From assembly GCF_009914755.1 (NCBI RefSeq), contig NC_060934.1: a stretch of DNA of 64,000 nucleotides; one strand, 5' to 3'. The notes beneath the pieces are model-generated. The model was not told where the DNA came from, made no database searches, and saw only the letters and a program-made list of their open reading frames with translations. Origin of the DNA: the human T2T-CHM13v2.0 reference genome, Homo sapiens. This document shows, piece by piece, positions 15,956 to 30,459 of the stretch; the stretch's first letter is position 1, and each line of letters begins with the position of its first letter. Both the position numbers and the translations under genes were made by a program.

Positions 15956-15997
15956 ATCTATATCTATCTATCATCTATCTATCTATCATCTATCATC

Positions 15998-16039
<42 letters not shown>

Positions 16040-16330
16040 ACCTAAGCTATCACCTATCGTTGACTATGACTTTCTAGTACTGCTGGTTTCCCAAATGCAA
16101 GAAGTTAATTGCACTATTTCAGACTGCCAAAGCAATGTATGAGTTCCCATTTCTCAATATTCTTCACAATACTTAGTTTTTAAATTTATCTTTGGTATTT
16201 TATTCATTCTAGTGGGTATGTGTTTTAACTTCAATTACTCCTGATGACTAATAAACTTAGGCAATACGTGATATTATTGCCCATTAGACTTATTCTTATT
16301 CTTTGGTGAAATGCCTATTAATGCATTCAT
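15370..16330 (-). mobile_element. Old L1ME/L1MC 3' region
   Basis: degraded antisense L1 3'UTR motifs; hosts the TATC STR. Confidence 0.55.
15893..16040 (+). repeat. Compound (TATC)n tetranucleotide STR
   Basis: two pure TATC blocks separated by interrupted units. Confidence 0.97.
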
Positions 16331-16340
16331 GTGTTTAGCT

Positions 16341-16343
<3 letters not shown>

Positions 16344-16409
<66 letters not shown>
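16344..16409 (+). repeat. (AC)n(AG)n compound microsatellite
   Basis: direct reading. Confidence 0.97.
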
Positions 16410-18689
16410 TATTGTGTATTCCAAATTGCATAAAAACATATCAATTTTTTGGCAATTTTATAAGAATTTGATTAATGAGTTAAACATAAGTAACAGCTTT
16501 TGTTAAATTTGTAAGGGCAGTCTACTCTTTTAAAAATTGTTTCCAAAATATTAGAAATCACTTTCAGTTGAACTTTTCTGTGCTTATAGTCCTCAAACAA
16601 AATTAAAGCTGAGGATCTCAGAAAGTATGCTTATCAACAGGAGAAAATTATAGTAAAAATGACAATTTAAATTTCAATTTACTTTATAATAATTTTGATC
16701 ACTTAGTCATGTTTCAGATATTTTCTGAGAAACTAGGCAAAAGCCAATACACAAATTTTTACCCCGCTATAAGGAGAAAACTCAAACCAATTCAACTGGC
16801 ATAACAACTCTCATTCTTATTTGTTTTTAAATTAGAAATCAATAAAGAGCATCATGATCTCTCCAAAACTGTCCCTGTTGCCATTATGAAACCCATTTCT
16901 GAGTTAAAAGAACCAAGGTCTCCCACAGTGTATAATTTTCTTAAGTTTTAATTAATGTGTATTTTCTACTTCCAGAATGTATTTGATTGCTAGAAGAGAT
17001 AAGGTGAATGTAAGGTTAAGGATGCAATGGCTTGAATCCACATTGATTTTCTGTGAGCAAATCATTTCTGATGGTTTGTGATGATGAATTACATCTCATT
17101 TAGAAAAGGAAAATATCTCCTTTGTCTCTACTGTTTTCTGACTGTTTGAAAAGCCCCTGTGTTAATAGATGTCTTTCAACCAAATGTAAACTGTCTGTAG
17201 TTCTAAACTTCATACTTGTAAAGGAAACACATTCATCTGGAAGAAAATAACTCAAGAAGAATTAAAGTAGATTTTTCTTTGACACACCCAACAGCAAAGT
17301 TAGTCTCAGATTTTCTGGGTTGTTAAAATTAATTAGTCTTGTTCTAGCAACTGGATACTTTGACAACTATGTTTTTAGAGAAGACATAGAATGGAAGCAA
17401 TGGAATATGTTAAAGAAAAAAAATCTTCCTCCTTTAGAACTTATAAATTAGTTTATTGATTTTAAACATTTTGGCATGATATGGAGGCTGGATTATTCTG
17501 CACATCACTCACAATAGACACTAGAATCCCATACCTGTTTTTATAGATTCACTTTATTTTGATTTGGTTGTTTTGTTTCTAGCTGTATTTTGGCTGGTTT
17601 TCTAAGATGAAAAATTTGCTAGGAAGATGACATCAGTTTCTAAATAGGTAGACTAATAAACGTGTGTAAACGTAAGAATGAATAAAATCTCCTTTTTATC
17701 CATGATATTTCTTGAGAGCAGAGTGCCAGGCATTGTAAGTTTATGTCATAGGGCCTGCTTGTTACTTAATAAATGACAGTAGAAAACAATAAGTTCATAT
17801 ACAACTTTTGAATTTCAAAATTATTTTTTAAACAAAAGACAAAGCCAACAACTATAGTAGCTTTCAGGAATAATTTGTGGGTGTTCTTGATCATCACCCA
17901 TTTCTATATACTATGTTCTACCATATAGAAACAAGTACTTCACATGAAAACAATGTGCTTGCTAGGAAAAAGCAATAGTTCTAACACAGAAACTACCATA
18001 AATAAAAGTATCCTAGCTGTTTTCCACCCAGCTAGTCACTCCATGCCCTCCTGCATAAAAACTGCGTGTCACTGAAAATACCCTGGAAAGAAAAACTAAA
18101 AGGTTTTATGAATTATAAGAACTTGGCTTTTGGTATATAAAAGCAAAAACTGAAGAGAATTAAGACATAAACTTTATACTGCCAACAACTGGCATGTTCT
18201 ATCCATGTGACCAAGCTAGGTAAAGAAAGGTAATAGAGAAATGTAGGACAGAATATAGTATACTCTTTGGTTGGCTGAGAAAACTTCTAAACCTCTTGAA
18301 CCTACTTCAGAAGTGAATAAAGTTAGAAAAGACCGAGAGATTGATGGAAATCTTGGATCAGAGAGGAATGTGCCTATTTCTTAGTTGTGGCATGGAATAG
18401 TAAGGTACTCCATACTTCCCCCTAAATTTGGATGTACAAGGGATGTTGTGGTCAGGTATGTTACCGCAGAATACAGTGCACCTGAGACAGACCATGAATC
18501 TCTTAAAGTCCATGCATGTGACTGAAGAAGAGCTAAAGTTTGCTGCGATGCTTTGAAGCACACAGGAATTTTTGAAAGGGATAAAGTCAATGTTCAAAAA
18601 GATTTATGGTCCTAAAAAGGGAAAGTTACAAAAAAATGCAGGATGGTATGTATGACCAAAGTAATATAAATGCACACACATCTCAGTAG

Positions 18690-19145
18690 ATGCTATATCA
18701 CTCAGCTATTGCCATGTAACAAATCATTCTTGATGCTTTAGTGATTAAAGCAATGGTGGGAATCAATTTTCACAGATCTGTGGGTTGGCTGGGGGTTATG
18801 GGGGTCTGGTTTATATTTATCTGACCTTAATTAGCAATGTTCATGAATCTGAAATTAGCTGGATATTTGGCTAGAGACTGGCCAGACTAGCCTATGATGA
18901 CTCACTTGGAATGCCTGCTCTCATCCTTGTGTCTCTGACATTCTTCAAGTAGTCATGTTCTTATTTTGGTGGTAGATCCCAAGGAAGAAACAAAAATGGG
19001 CAAGCATATTTCCAAGGCTCTGCTTCTTTCAAGTATGCTGCTGTTGTATTGATAAATCAGCTCTCATAAGATGGGATTGTACAGTTACATGACAAAGGAT
19101 GTGAGTAGAAAGGCATTAGTTGAAGATATTAATCAAGTCTACATC
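18690..19145 (-). mobile_element. Old MLT1 (MaLR) LTR
   Basis: cagctattgccatgtaacaaatca...ttcacagatctgtgggttggctggg typical of older MLT1 subfamilies. Confidence 0.55.
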
Positions 19146-20273
19146 AGATGACAAAGGGGAATGCTGATGACAGTGGACAATGGTTTCCCACCAGACAGTA
19201 GTTTACAGATAGTACAAGGGCAAAGGAGGTATTTAAATTCCTTTAGCCCAAGAATTTAGATATTATATCCAGACAGAAGTTAGAGAAGACCACGCTGAAT
19301 TGAAAGAGTTAAACTTGAAAACTAAAAATAATATGTTTTCCTGAAAATTACTAAAATTTTCCCTACAAGTATAATGAAGTTACAAGATAGAGACAATGAT
19401 AATTTATAGTGAAAAAAATAATGATTTTCAATACTAGGGTAAATGATCTGAAAAGTCTGAGTAGTACATCGTTTTCACATGTGTCTGATTTCATTGTAAA
19501 ACCAAAGATTTAAATTTTTCTGTTAATTTTAATTGACCTGTGTGTACTTTACACAGTACTTTCACAAAACCAATGGAGTTCTGTGTAAATAAGTTGAAGA
19601 TAAGCTGGTTTTTAATGCTCTGAATTATTTTATAGTTATCTGATTTTACTTTTCAGCATTACCACCTATTTCAAAGCCTTATTATATGCCTATACAATTA
19701 AATCAGCTTTCTGTCTTTGTTTGATCTGTCCCTGGTCCAACATAGAGAGTTGTAGTAACAGTAAGTTAGCCCATGCACAGCGCTCACACTTGTGACTGAC
19801 ACATAATGACTTCAATTTTATAGTTATTATGATACTTAATATTAAATTAACCTCAGTCAAAATGCAACCTCATCAACAATGGCATTTTTACTTTTCTGCT
19901 TCTACAACTTCGCTGATTCTTTTTCTGCGGGACGAAATGTCACATGCATCATATTAATGTCATTCTTTCATCTCCCACTCAAGCTGCCCAGCTGAAATTC
20001 TGTCCACTCTTTAAGGTCCTCTAGGAGTGTCATTCCTCCATGAAATGTATCTTGCATTATAACTACCAGGGAAAGGATTTTCCTCTCTTCTGACATTGTA
20101 TATTTCATTAGGTTTGTATATATACAAATATAATGTATGCAACCTTGGAAAAGAGGAAAATAGAAATCAAATGAAAAGATGACACATAGAACTAAATCTG
20201 TTCTTAATTTATATATATATCTATTTTACCCACTGAATATTAAAAATAATTTTCCTAATTTATTTTATCATAC

Positions 20274-20724
20274 TGCATTAGTCAGTGTCCTCTAGAAGGA
20301 CAGAACTTATAGGCTAGATGTATATATAAAGGGGAGTTTATTAAGGAGTACTGACTCACATGCTCACAAAGTAAAGTCCCACAATAGGCCATCTGCAAGC
20401 TGAGGAGCAATGAAGCCAGTCTGAGTCCCAAAGCTGAAGAACTTGGAGTTTAATATTCAAGGACAAAAAGCATCCAGCAAGGGAGAAAGATGTAGCCTGG
20501 GAAGATAAGCCAGTCTAGTCTTTTACGTTCTTCTGCCTGCTTTTATTCTGGCCAGTCTGGCAGCTGATTAGATTGTGCTCCTCTAGATTGAGGGTGGGTC
20601 TGCCTTTCTCAGTCCACTGACTCAAATGTTAATCTCCTTTGGCAACACCCTTACAGACACACCCAGGAACAATACTTTGTATTTTTCAATCCAATCAATT
20701 TGACACTCAGTATTAACCATCATA
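20274..20724 (-). mobile_element. MLT2A1 solo LTR (HERV-L)
   Basis: full-length match to recalled MLT2A (cccacaataggccatctgcaagctgaggagcaa...ttgacactcagtattaaccatca); 5-bp TSD CATAC at 20269-20273 and 20725-20729. Confidence 0.9.
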
Positions 20725-20966
20725 CATACTAAAATGTTGATTGACAGTTTCTTTTGAAATATTAGAAGAACTGAAGTCACTAGGATTGAATTCCCAAATA
20801 TCAGGGCTTTCTAGTTTGCTACAGTCCCAATTATTCTCAACTGTATCAGAAGCTATTTACCATTGAAACTGTGCTCTTCATTTTCTACACTGAAGTAGAT
20901 AAATATATTTATTGTTTCTATAAGGAATGAGAAATTTAAAAGGACATCAAAAGTATTAGGCGTTTT

Positions 20967-21294
20967 CCTGAGGTCAGGAGTTCAAGACCAGCCTGGCCAA
21001 CATAGTGAAACCCCCACCTCTACTAAAAATACAAAAATTAGCCAGGTGTGGTGGTGGGTGCCTGCAACTCCAGCTACTCAGGAGGCTGGGGCAGGAGAAT
21101 CTCTTGAATCCGGGAAGGGGAGGTTGCAGTGAGTCGGGATTGGGCAGTGAGTCAAAATACATTCATTCCATTCGACTAACCCCAAAATCTGAACCCATTC
21201 CAGCATCGACTCTAAAGTCCAAAGTCTCATCCAAATATCAATGTGAGCCTGGATGTCAGAATGAGACTCGATCTCAATAAATAAATAAATAAAT
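20967..21294 (+). mobile_element. 5'-truncated AluS with internal 96-bp non-Alu insertion
   Basis: starts cctgaggtcaggag; (AATA)n tail; 17-bp TSD AAAGTATTAGG(C/T)GTTTT at 20950-20966 and 21295-21311; foreign segment 21152-21247. Confidence 0.92.
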
Positions 21295-22220
21295 AAAGTA
21301 TTAGGTGTTTTGAAACAAGGGAGCAAGCATATTTCTTTGTGAGAGGAAAAATATTTTGTGCATGTATAATAAGCAAGCATCTGCTCTGCTACTCTCAAAT
21401 GTTACTCCTGTAGGCATTTGATTTTGCAACCCATGCTCTGATGATACTAGTCACATATTGTCTCATTTTTCAAATATTCTGTGCATATGGTTCATGTCAT
21501 CTTCTAGATTATATACTATCTGAGGATAAGAAATAATATTTTTTCATAATTGTAATGCATAGTTTACACTTAATACATGATTGCTTTAAGTAAATTTATA
21601 TTGACAAATGGTTTTACCTTGTTCATATACGTGTGTATGCATGCATGCGTGTATATATGTTCATACATATACACATAGTAAAACAATAACATAAGTATTT
21701 GAGGATTGTAAATTTTATCCTATTTAATGTAGGGATTAAAGGAAATATTATGTGTCAGTTGTAACTGCTTTATAATAATAAATATTGTAATTTTCATTTC
21801 TCTTATTATTGCCACTTCTCAATTTCCATTTAGCTATGAACAATTTTGGTTTAGATGAAATTTTAGGTAGATGAAGTTCTGTTTAGTAATAGAATATAAT
21901 ATAGCCTTCTAACTTCTAATATCCATTTATGAGCCACCTCTCATTCTTTGGTAATACAATCCGTAGCCTTCCTTATCAACATCTCGCCCTATTGTGATGC
22001 TTTTGAGTAGAAAGTGAATCAAGGCCAGGTAAAATGCGGTGAAGTATATTTTTATTTTGGAAGTTTTTTAGCAAATGTTAGTGTGTTCCAGGCTCCCATA
22101 AGTGTGTTGAGGTGAAGAAACTTCTTCAATTTAGTATGACTCAACATTTTCCAATGTATTTGACTATAGAGGATTCTTTTTCATACCTATTGGAAATGAA
22201 GTCTGGTTCCATGTGGAGTA

Positions 22221-22256
22221 TGTGTGTGCTTGTGTGTGTGTGTGTGTGTGTGTGTG
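22221..22256 (+). repeat. (TG)n microsatellite
   Basis: direct reading. Confidence 0.9.
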
Positions 22257-22466
22257 GTATCTATCACCTTTACCATATGAACATAGCAAAACAACATTGT
22301 GAAAATTCAACTCATAGCAATGTATTTAGTTAATGTCATGAAGAGAATTTAGACTCTGGCTAAAAGGCAAAGTGAAGTTTAAAGCTAAGCCAATTATCTT
22401 GTAGCATGACATATAAACACAAATAAAATATAGAATAGATTTTTGAAGTACAAAAGTAATCTTGAT

Positions 22467-22626
22467 TCTAAAGGATCCAAAATCATTATATAGGTTGACT
22501 AAACTATTAGATGAACCAATTGTGGTTCATATTAGATGAATGAATGGTTCATCTAATAGTTTAGTCAACTTATATGGTTCATCTAATAGTTTAGCCAACT
22601 TATATAATGATTTTGGATCCTTTAGA
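22467..22626. repeat. 52-bp inverted repeat with internal 30-bp tandem duplication
   Basis: 22467-22518 is the reverse complement of 22575-22626 (2 mismatches); 22545-22574 duplicates 22575-22604. Confidence 0.95.
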
Positions 22627-22873
22627 TATAATATGTCCATATTGCAGTTTTATCTATTTTGATTTAGTAAGTGGAAAAACTCTCTTTCTGTGTTTTTTAA
22701 TAGTATTACGCCTACATTTTATTAAGAAACATTTATAATTTGTCACAAATGTTAAGGGCTATTTCAGAAGATACTATCAGTGGGAATTTCTAAAGAATGT
22801 TCCCTAAGGATGCTTCTATATTTATAAATTCTAATGATAAGAGAATTAGGGTTCTTTATAAAAACCAGGCATA

Positions 22874-23380
22874 TGTCCAACTCAGTTTAGGCTGTTATAA
22901 CAAATTACCATAAACTGAGTGGCTTAAGAAACACTGTGATTAAGAAATTGTGGCTTAAGGAATTGTGATTCTTGGGGCTGAGAAGTCCAAGATCAAGGTA
23001 CCAACAATGTGGTGTCTGGTGAGGCCATGCTTCCTGGTTTAAAGACGGCAGTCTTCTCCCTGTATCCCCATAGAGTGGAATGCAGAGAGAGAGGAAGTAA
23101 GCATTCCTGACTCTTTTCATAAAGGTGCTAATTCTATCATTAGAGCTCTACCCTCACGCTCTCCTAAAAGTCCATCTCAAAATACCAACATATTGGAGAT
23201 TAAAGTTTTAACGCATAAATTTTGGGAAGACATAAACAGTCAGTCTATTGCATTCCACCTCTGTCTTCACAAAATTCATGTTCTTCTCACACTCAAAATA
23301 CATTCATTCCATTCTACTAGCCCCCAAATCTGAAGTCATTCCAGCATCACCTCTAAAGTCCAAAGTCTCATCCAAGTATC
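22874..23380 (-). mobile_element. MLT1A-type LTR plus ~130 bp of MLT1-int 3' end
   Basis: LTR 22874-23252 (ggctgttataacaaattaccataaactgagtggctta...agtccaagatcaagg) followed by int end (caaaattcatgttcttctcac...tctaaagtccaaagtctcatc). Confidence 0.85.
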
Positions 23381-25349
23381 CATGTGAGAAGTATTTGTTG
23401 TTTAAGCTCTTAGCCTATGGTCTTCTGTTATATCAGTCCAAAGTGACTAAGACCAAAATTGGCATGAAGAAGTGGGGTGCTCCTATACCAAATATCTGAA
23501 AATATGAAATTGGCTTTGGAACTGTATAATGAATGGGAAGAGACTGAAAGAGTTTTGAGATACATGTTAGAAAAAGCTGACATTACTGTAAAGGGATTTT
23601 TAAAGATTATTCCAGTGAGCACTCAGAAGAAAAGAGAAAAGCTATAAAGAAAGCTTCTGTCTTCTTAGAAAATATGTAAATAATTGTGTACACAATATTG
23701 GTGAAATTAAGGGCAACTCTGATGAGGTCTCAGATGGAAGTGAGGAACACTTTATTTGACAATGGAGTAAAGGTGATCCTCGTTATAAAGTTGCAAAGAA
23801 CTTGGCTGAATTGTGTTCACGTTCTCGTGTTTTGTGGAAGGTAGAATTTGCTAGTGATGGAATTGGATAATTTAGGTGAAGATATTTCTAAGCAAAGTGG
23901 TGAAAGAACAGTTTGATTTCTTCCGATTGCTTATAATAGCATGCAAAAAGAGAGAATTGAATTGGAGATATATATATATATATATGTATGTATATATATA
24001 TATTATATATATATGAAGTAAAAATGAACTTAAGGATTCAGAAAATTTTCGGCATGTTCATATTACAAAAAATGAGATAGTATGTTTGGAACAGAACACT
24101 AAGGGTGTGGAAAACTAACCTACTGAAAGATTAGTGTGGGTGTGAACCATAGAATAAATTAGCTATTTCAACAGAAGCCAAGAATAGAGATGGAATTATA
24201 TCAGCAGAAATATTGCCAGCTGGAACTGAGGAAACAGCAAAAATGGGATAAAATACTGGAAGGCTGTGAATGTGTACAGTCCTTCAAGAAAAGAGAAGAA
24301 GGATCCTAACGGTGAGTCACAGACCTTTGGACCACTGCCTAGGTTTCAACAGGACAAACAACCTCCAACAGAAACCTTAGAGTTAGGGCTGCCAGCTGAA
24401 CCCTGGGGGAACAATTTTTACCTAGTGGAGCTGTGTGGGCAGGACCCCAGCCGACAGCCATATCATGAACAATGTCCCACTGAGCCTTGCAGGTAACAAT
24501 GCTACCCCATTCGGCCTGAAGGGCAGAGCATCAAACCAAAGAGGATTATTCTCGAGCCTTAAGATTTTATAGAATTTGCCTTGCTAGGTTTTGGATTTGC
24601 TTAAGGTCTGTCATCTCTTTCTTTCTATTTTTTTTTTTTTCCTTTCGGAAGGGAAATGTCTATCCTATGCCTGTACACCATTGTATTTTGAAAGCACGTA
24701 ACTTTTTGGGGGAGTGGATTTCAAGGGTTCACATCTGGAGAAGAATTTGGCTGCAGGATGATTCTTGCTCATGTCTGATTTAGATAATATTTAGATGAGA
24801 GTTTGGACTTTAGTTCATGTGGGAAGGAGCAAGCTTTTGGGATTACTGAGGTGGAATGAACATATTTTGCATGTGAGAAGAACATGAACCAGGGTGTGCT
24901 GCACAGGTTGAAATTCTATGAACTCCCTAGCCTCTGGAACTGTGAAAAATAGATTTTGTGTTTTTCTTTCTTCTTTTTTTTTTTTTTTTTGAGACAGAGC
25001 CTCCCTCTGTTGGCCAGGCTGGAGTGCAGTGGCATGATCTCAGCTCACTGCAACCTCCATCTCCCGTGCTCAAGCAATCAAGCAATTATCCTGCCTCTGC
25101 CTCCTGAGTAGCTGGGATTACAGGTGTGTGCCACCACACCTGGCTAATTTTTGTATTTTTAGTAGAGACGGGGTTTCACCATGTTGGCCAGGCTGGTCTT
25201 GAACTCCTGACCTCAGGTAATCCACCCCTCGGCCTCCTAAAGTGCTAGGATTACAGGCGTGAGCCACCGCGCCAGATCCGATTATGTTTTTTCAATAGAT
25301 TTGTTTAAGCCTATGGTATTTGTTACAGAAGCCAGAAATGACTAAGACG
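23381..25349 (+). mobile_element. MLT1 provirus remnant (partial LTR - int - partial LTR)
   Basis: LTR end tgactaagac, int start aattggcatgaagaagtggggtgct...tggctttggaactg, int end ~24915, second LTR end tgactaagac at ~25348; interrupted by an Alu. Confidence 0.8.
24961..25279 (-). mobile_element. AluS
   Basis: full Alu, poly-T, small internal duplication tcaagcaa. Confidence 0.95.
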
Positions 25350-26099
25350 ACATATTAAAAATTACACTTTATATTTTATAATCTAAATTATCTAGATTCC
25401 ATGCAAATGTTTAAAAATCATATTGTCTGTGATCTAGTCAAACTGAATATTCTTGGGTTGCCATCAACAAGATTGTATCAAATTATAAATTTCATGTATT
25501 TTAACTTCCTGGAGAGCACAATAAAAAAAACATAAAATTTCCTTTGTCTCTCTCTCTCTCGTTTTACTTTTATATCAATTTTTTAAAAATATGATTTATG
25601 AGATTACCCATATTTGGCTGGATATGATTGTACACATACAGATTAAGCTTGACTTTAAATAACTCTGAAGGATGTTCAAGGGAAGTGAATTATTTATCTC
25701 TATATTCCCAGTGACTGGAATACTGTACCACCTAGCAGGTGCTTGGCAGTGTTCCATGAATATTTCCACTGCTGTGATCCTTGTTTCAGCCTATGGCACC
25801 TGGAGGCTCACTTTACTCCTCTCTCTCCCCCATTCTCCTCCTTTAGCTAGTCACCACACTCTGTCCACATGGCATTCTGAATGTTTTTAAAATTCATTCA
25901 CTTTCCCATTGGCTCTTCCTTGGTTCAGTCCTTAAGTCACTTTTTCCCTTGATTGTTTCAGCAGTCTGCTGTCTGTTCTTTCTTACTTCACCTTCTTGAA
26001 AAGACTTTTGGAGCAATTGGAATAAAACGAATGTATTTTGCATGTAGGAAGGACATGAACTTTGTGGGTAGAAAGGTACAATGCTATGGATTGAAGGCT

Positions 26100-26680
26100 C
26101 TAATCCATCCCCCACACCATTGCATACCTGATAGCACAACTTCCTATTGGATGACTCCACTAAGGCAATCACCAGACTCCTGAGTCTGGCACACAAGGCC
26201 TCCGCCACCTAAGCACTTGATTAAGATCTACTATTATTATTATAAGTGATATTACCTGACCGTTGTCTCTTCTCATGCCTTGTCAATCTCCATCTCACTC
26301 TTCATGCTCCAAATATCGTCACTTAGCATTCTCCCCAGAATGCATGCAGTTTCACACTTTCAAGCCTTTGCTCTGCAGTGTTTGACATGTGAAGAATCTT
26401 TCCCCACCTTCACATTAGGATTTCAGGACACTTTATCATCAGCCTGTCTGTAAAGACTTCCTTCCTACTTGGTCCCATGGCAGGATAAACAGCCTCCTTC
26501 ATTTGATCGAGGGTACTCAATCCTGCTAGCACATGTACTACAAGAGATTACATTTGCCTATTTACTTTTCTGTAAACTGTTTGAGGGCAGGAACAGTGTT
26601 TTATTCTTCTTTGTCTCCTCAGTGCCTTGGATGTAGTACATGATCAATGAATGTGTTGGTGAGCTGTTGTGAAAAAAATA
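26100..26680 (+). mobile_element. L2 3' region
   Basis: ctgtaaactgtttgagggcaggaacagtgttttattc...cagtgcct...tcaatgaatgtgttgg L2 3' end. Confidence 0.7.
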
Positions 26681-27019
26681 AACAAATAATAAAAGAAAAT
26701 AAAATGATTTAAACTGAGAACTCCAATTTTCTCATTTTATCATGTTATCATCATGATGGCAGTAAAGGAAAAATAGGTTGTTTCTGCCAATGCATATAGA
26801 AATCAGTCCTCAGTCAAAAGAGTTGAGTGGATCTCTCTCCAGATCTCTGGAGTTATTCCTTTTTCACAACTCCACTGTTTAATTATACTATCTTGCCATT
26901 CTATCTGCTTTGGTCTCAAATTTCAGTATCTGTCTCCTCACCTTAGTGAGACAATTAATTCTCGTGGGTTTCACTTGCTGCTGACATGGCTTGGAAACTG
27001 ACTCTAGGAAGCAAGCTGA

Positions 27020-27342
<323 letters not shown>

Positions 27343-27709
27343 TGGCCTTCTTTTTTAACTTTCTCTGAGTAATCAGAGCCCACTGCCTCTGTCCAATGTC
27401 AGAAAATTGCTGTTTCATATAGTTTATCTTTTTTTAGTCATTTAATGTGTCAAGAAGAATCTACTCTCTCTTTCATCTTTGCCTGTGCATACATTTTTGA
27501 AAGTTAAACTTCCTTTGCATCCTGGGAGAAACTCTATGTGGTTTATATGCATTATATTTTTATATTATATTGCTGGGTTTATAATCAAATTTCTGCAAAC
27601 CAATACAAACAGAACAACTTAAAAGCAGCCTATGAAGAAAGATACATTATGTACAGAGAAACAAAGAAAAGAATGTTAAAACTTCTCATCACAAACTATA
27701 AACCAGAGG

Positions 27710-29467
<1,758 letters not shown>

Positions 29468-29856
29468 TGTCAGGCCTCTGAGCCCAAGCTAAGCCATCAT
29501 ATCCCCTGTGACCTGCACTTATACATCCAGATGGCCTGAAGCAAGTGAAGAATCACAAAAGAAGTGAAAATAGCTGGTTCCTGCCTTAACTGATGACATT
29601 ACCTTGTGAAATTACTTCTCCTGGCTCAGAAGCTCCCCCACTAAGCACCTTATGACCCCCACCACTGCCCGCCAGAGAACAACCCCCTTTGACTGTAATT
29701 TTCCATTACCTACCCAAATCCTATAAAACGGCCCCACCCCATCTCCCTTTGCTGACTCTCTTTTCGGACTCAGCCTGCCTGCACCCAACTGATTAAAAAG
29801 CTTTATTGCTCACACAAAGCCTGTTTGGAAGTTTCTTTACACGGACATGTGTGACA
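29468..29856 (+). promoter_or_regulatory. LTR7-family 5' LTR (TATA 29722-29728, polyA signal ATTAAA 29792-29797)
   Basis: TGTCAGGCCTCTGAGCCCAAG...TGACA termini. Confidence 0.95.
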
Positions 29857-29858
29857 TT

Positions 29859-29876
29859 TGGTGCCGTGACTCGGAT
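29859..29876 (+). other. Primer binding site, tRNA-His
   Basis: TGGTGCCGTGACTCGGAT, 18/18 complement of the tRNA-His 3' end. Confidence 0.96.
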
Positions 29877-30000
29877 CGGGGGACCTCCCTTGGGAGATCA
29901 ATCCCCTGTTCTCCTGCTCTTTGCTCCATGAGAAAGATCCACCTATGACCTCGGGTCCTCAGACCAACCAGCCCAAAGAACATCTCACCAATTTTAAATT

Positions 30001-30008
30001 GGGTAAGT
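30001..30008 (+). promoter_or_regulatory. HERV-H major splice donor
   Basis: GG|GTAAGT ~145 nt downstream of the 5' LTR, the known HERV-H donor position. Confidence 0.8.
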
Positions 30009-30459
30009 GGCCTCTTTTTACTCTCTTCTCCAACCTCTCTCACTATCCCTCAGCTTATTTCTCCTTTCAATTTCTGCACCACCCTTCAATCTCTCCGTTC
30101 TTTTAATTTCAATTCCTTTCCTTTTCTGGTAGAGACAGAGGAGACGCGTTTTATCCATGAACCAAAACTCTGGCATTGGTCACAGACTTGGGAGGACAGT
30201 CTTCCCTTGGTGTTTAATCACTGTGGGGACGCCTGCTTGATTATTCACCCACATTTCAGAGATGTCTGATCACCATGGGGACAGCCGCCTTGATCCTTCA
30301 CCCTTAGAGGCAAGTACCACTTTCCTGGGGGCAAGCACCCCCCACCCCTTCTCTCCACCCTGTCTTTTCTCTGGGCTTGACTCCTTCACTATAGGCAACC
30401 TTCCACCCTCCGTTCCTCCTTCTCCCTTAGCCTATGTTCTCAAGAACTTAAAACCTCTT

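Noticed and set aside
15701-16142. Three overlapping ORFs rich in IYLS repeats
   Set aside because: Stop-free (TATC)n microsatellite.
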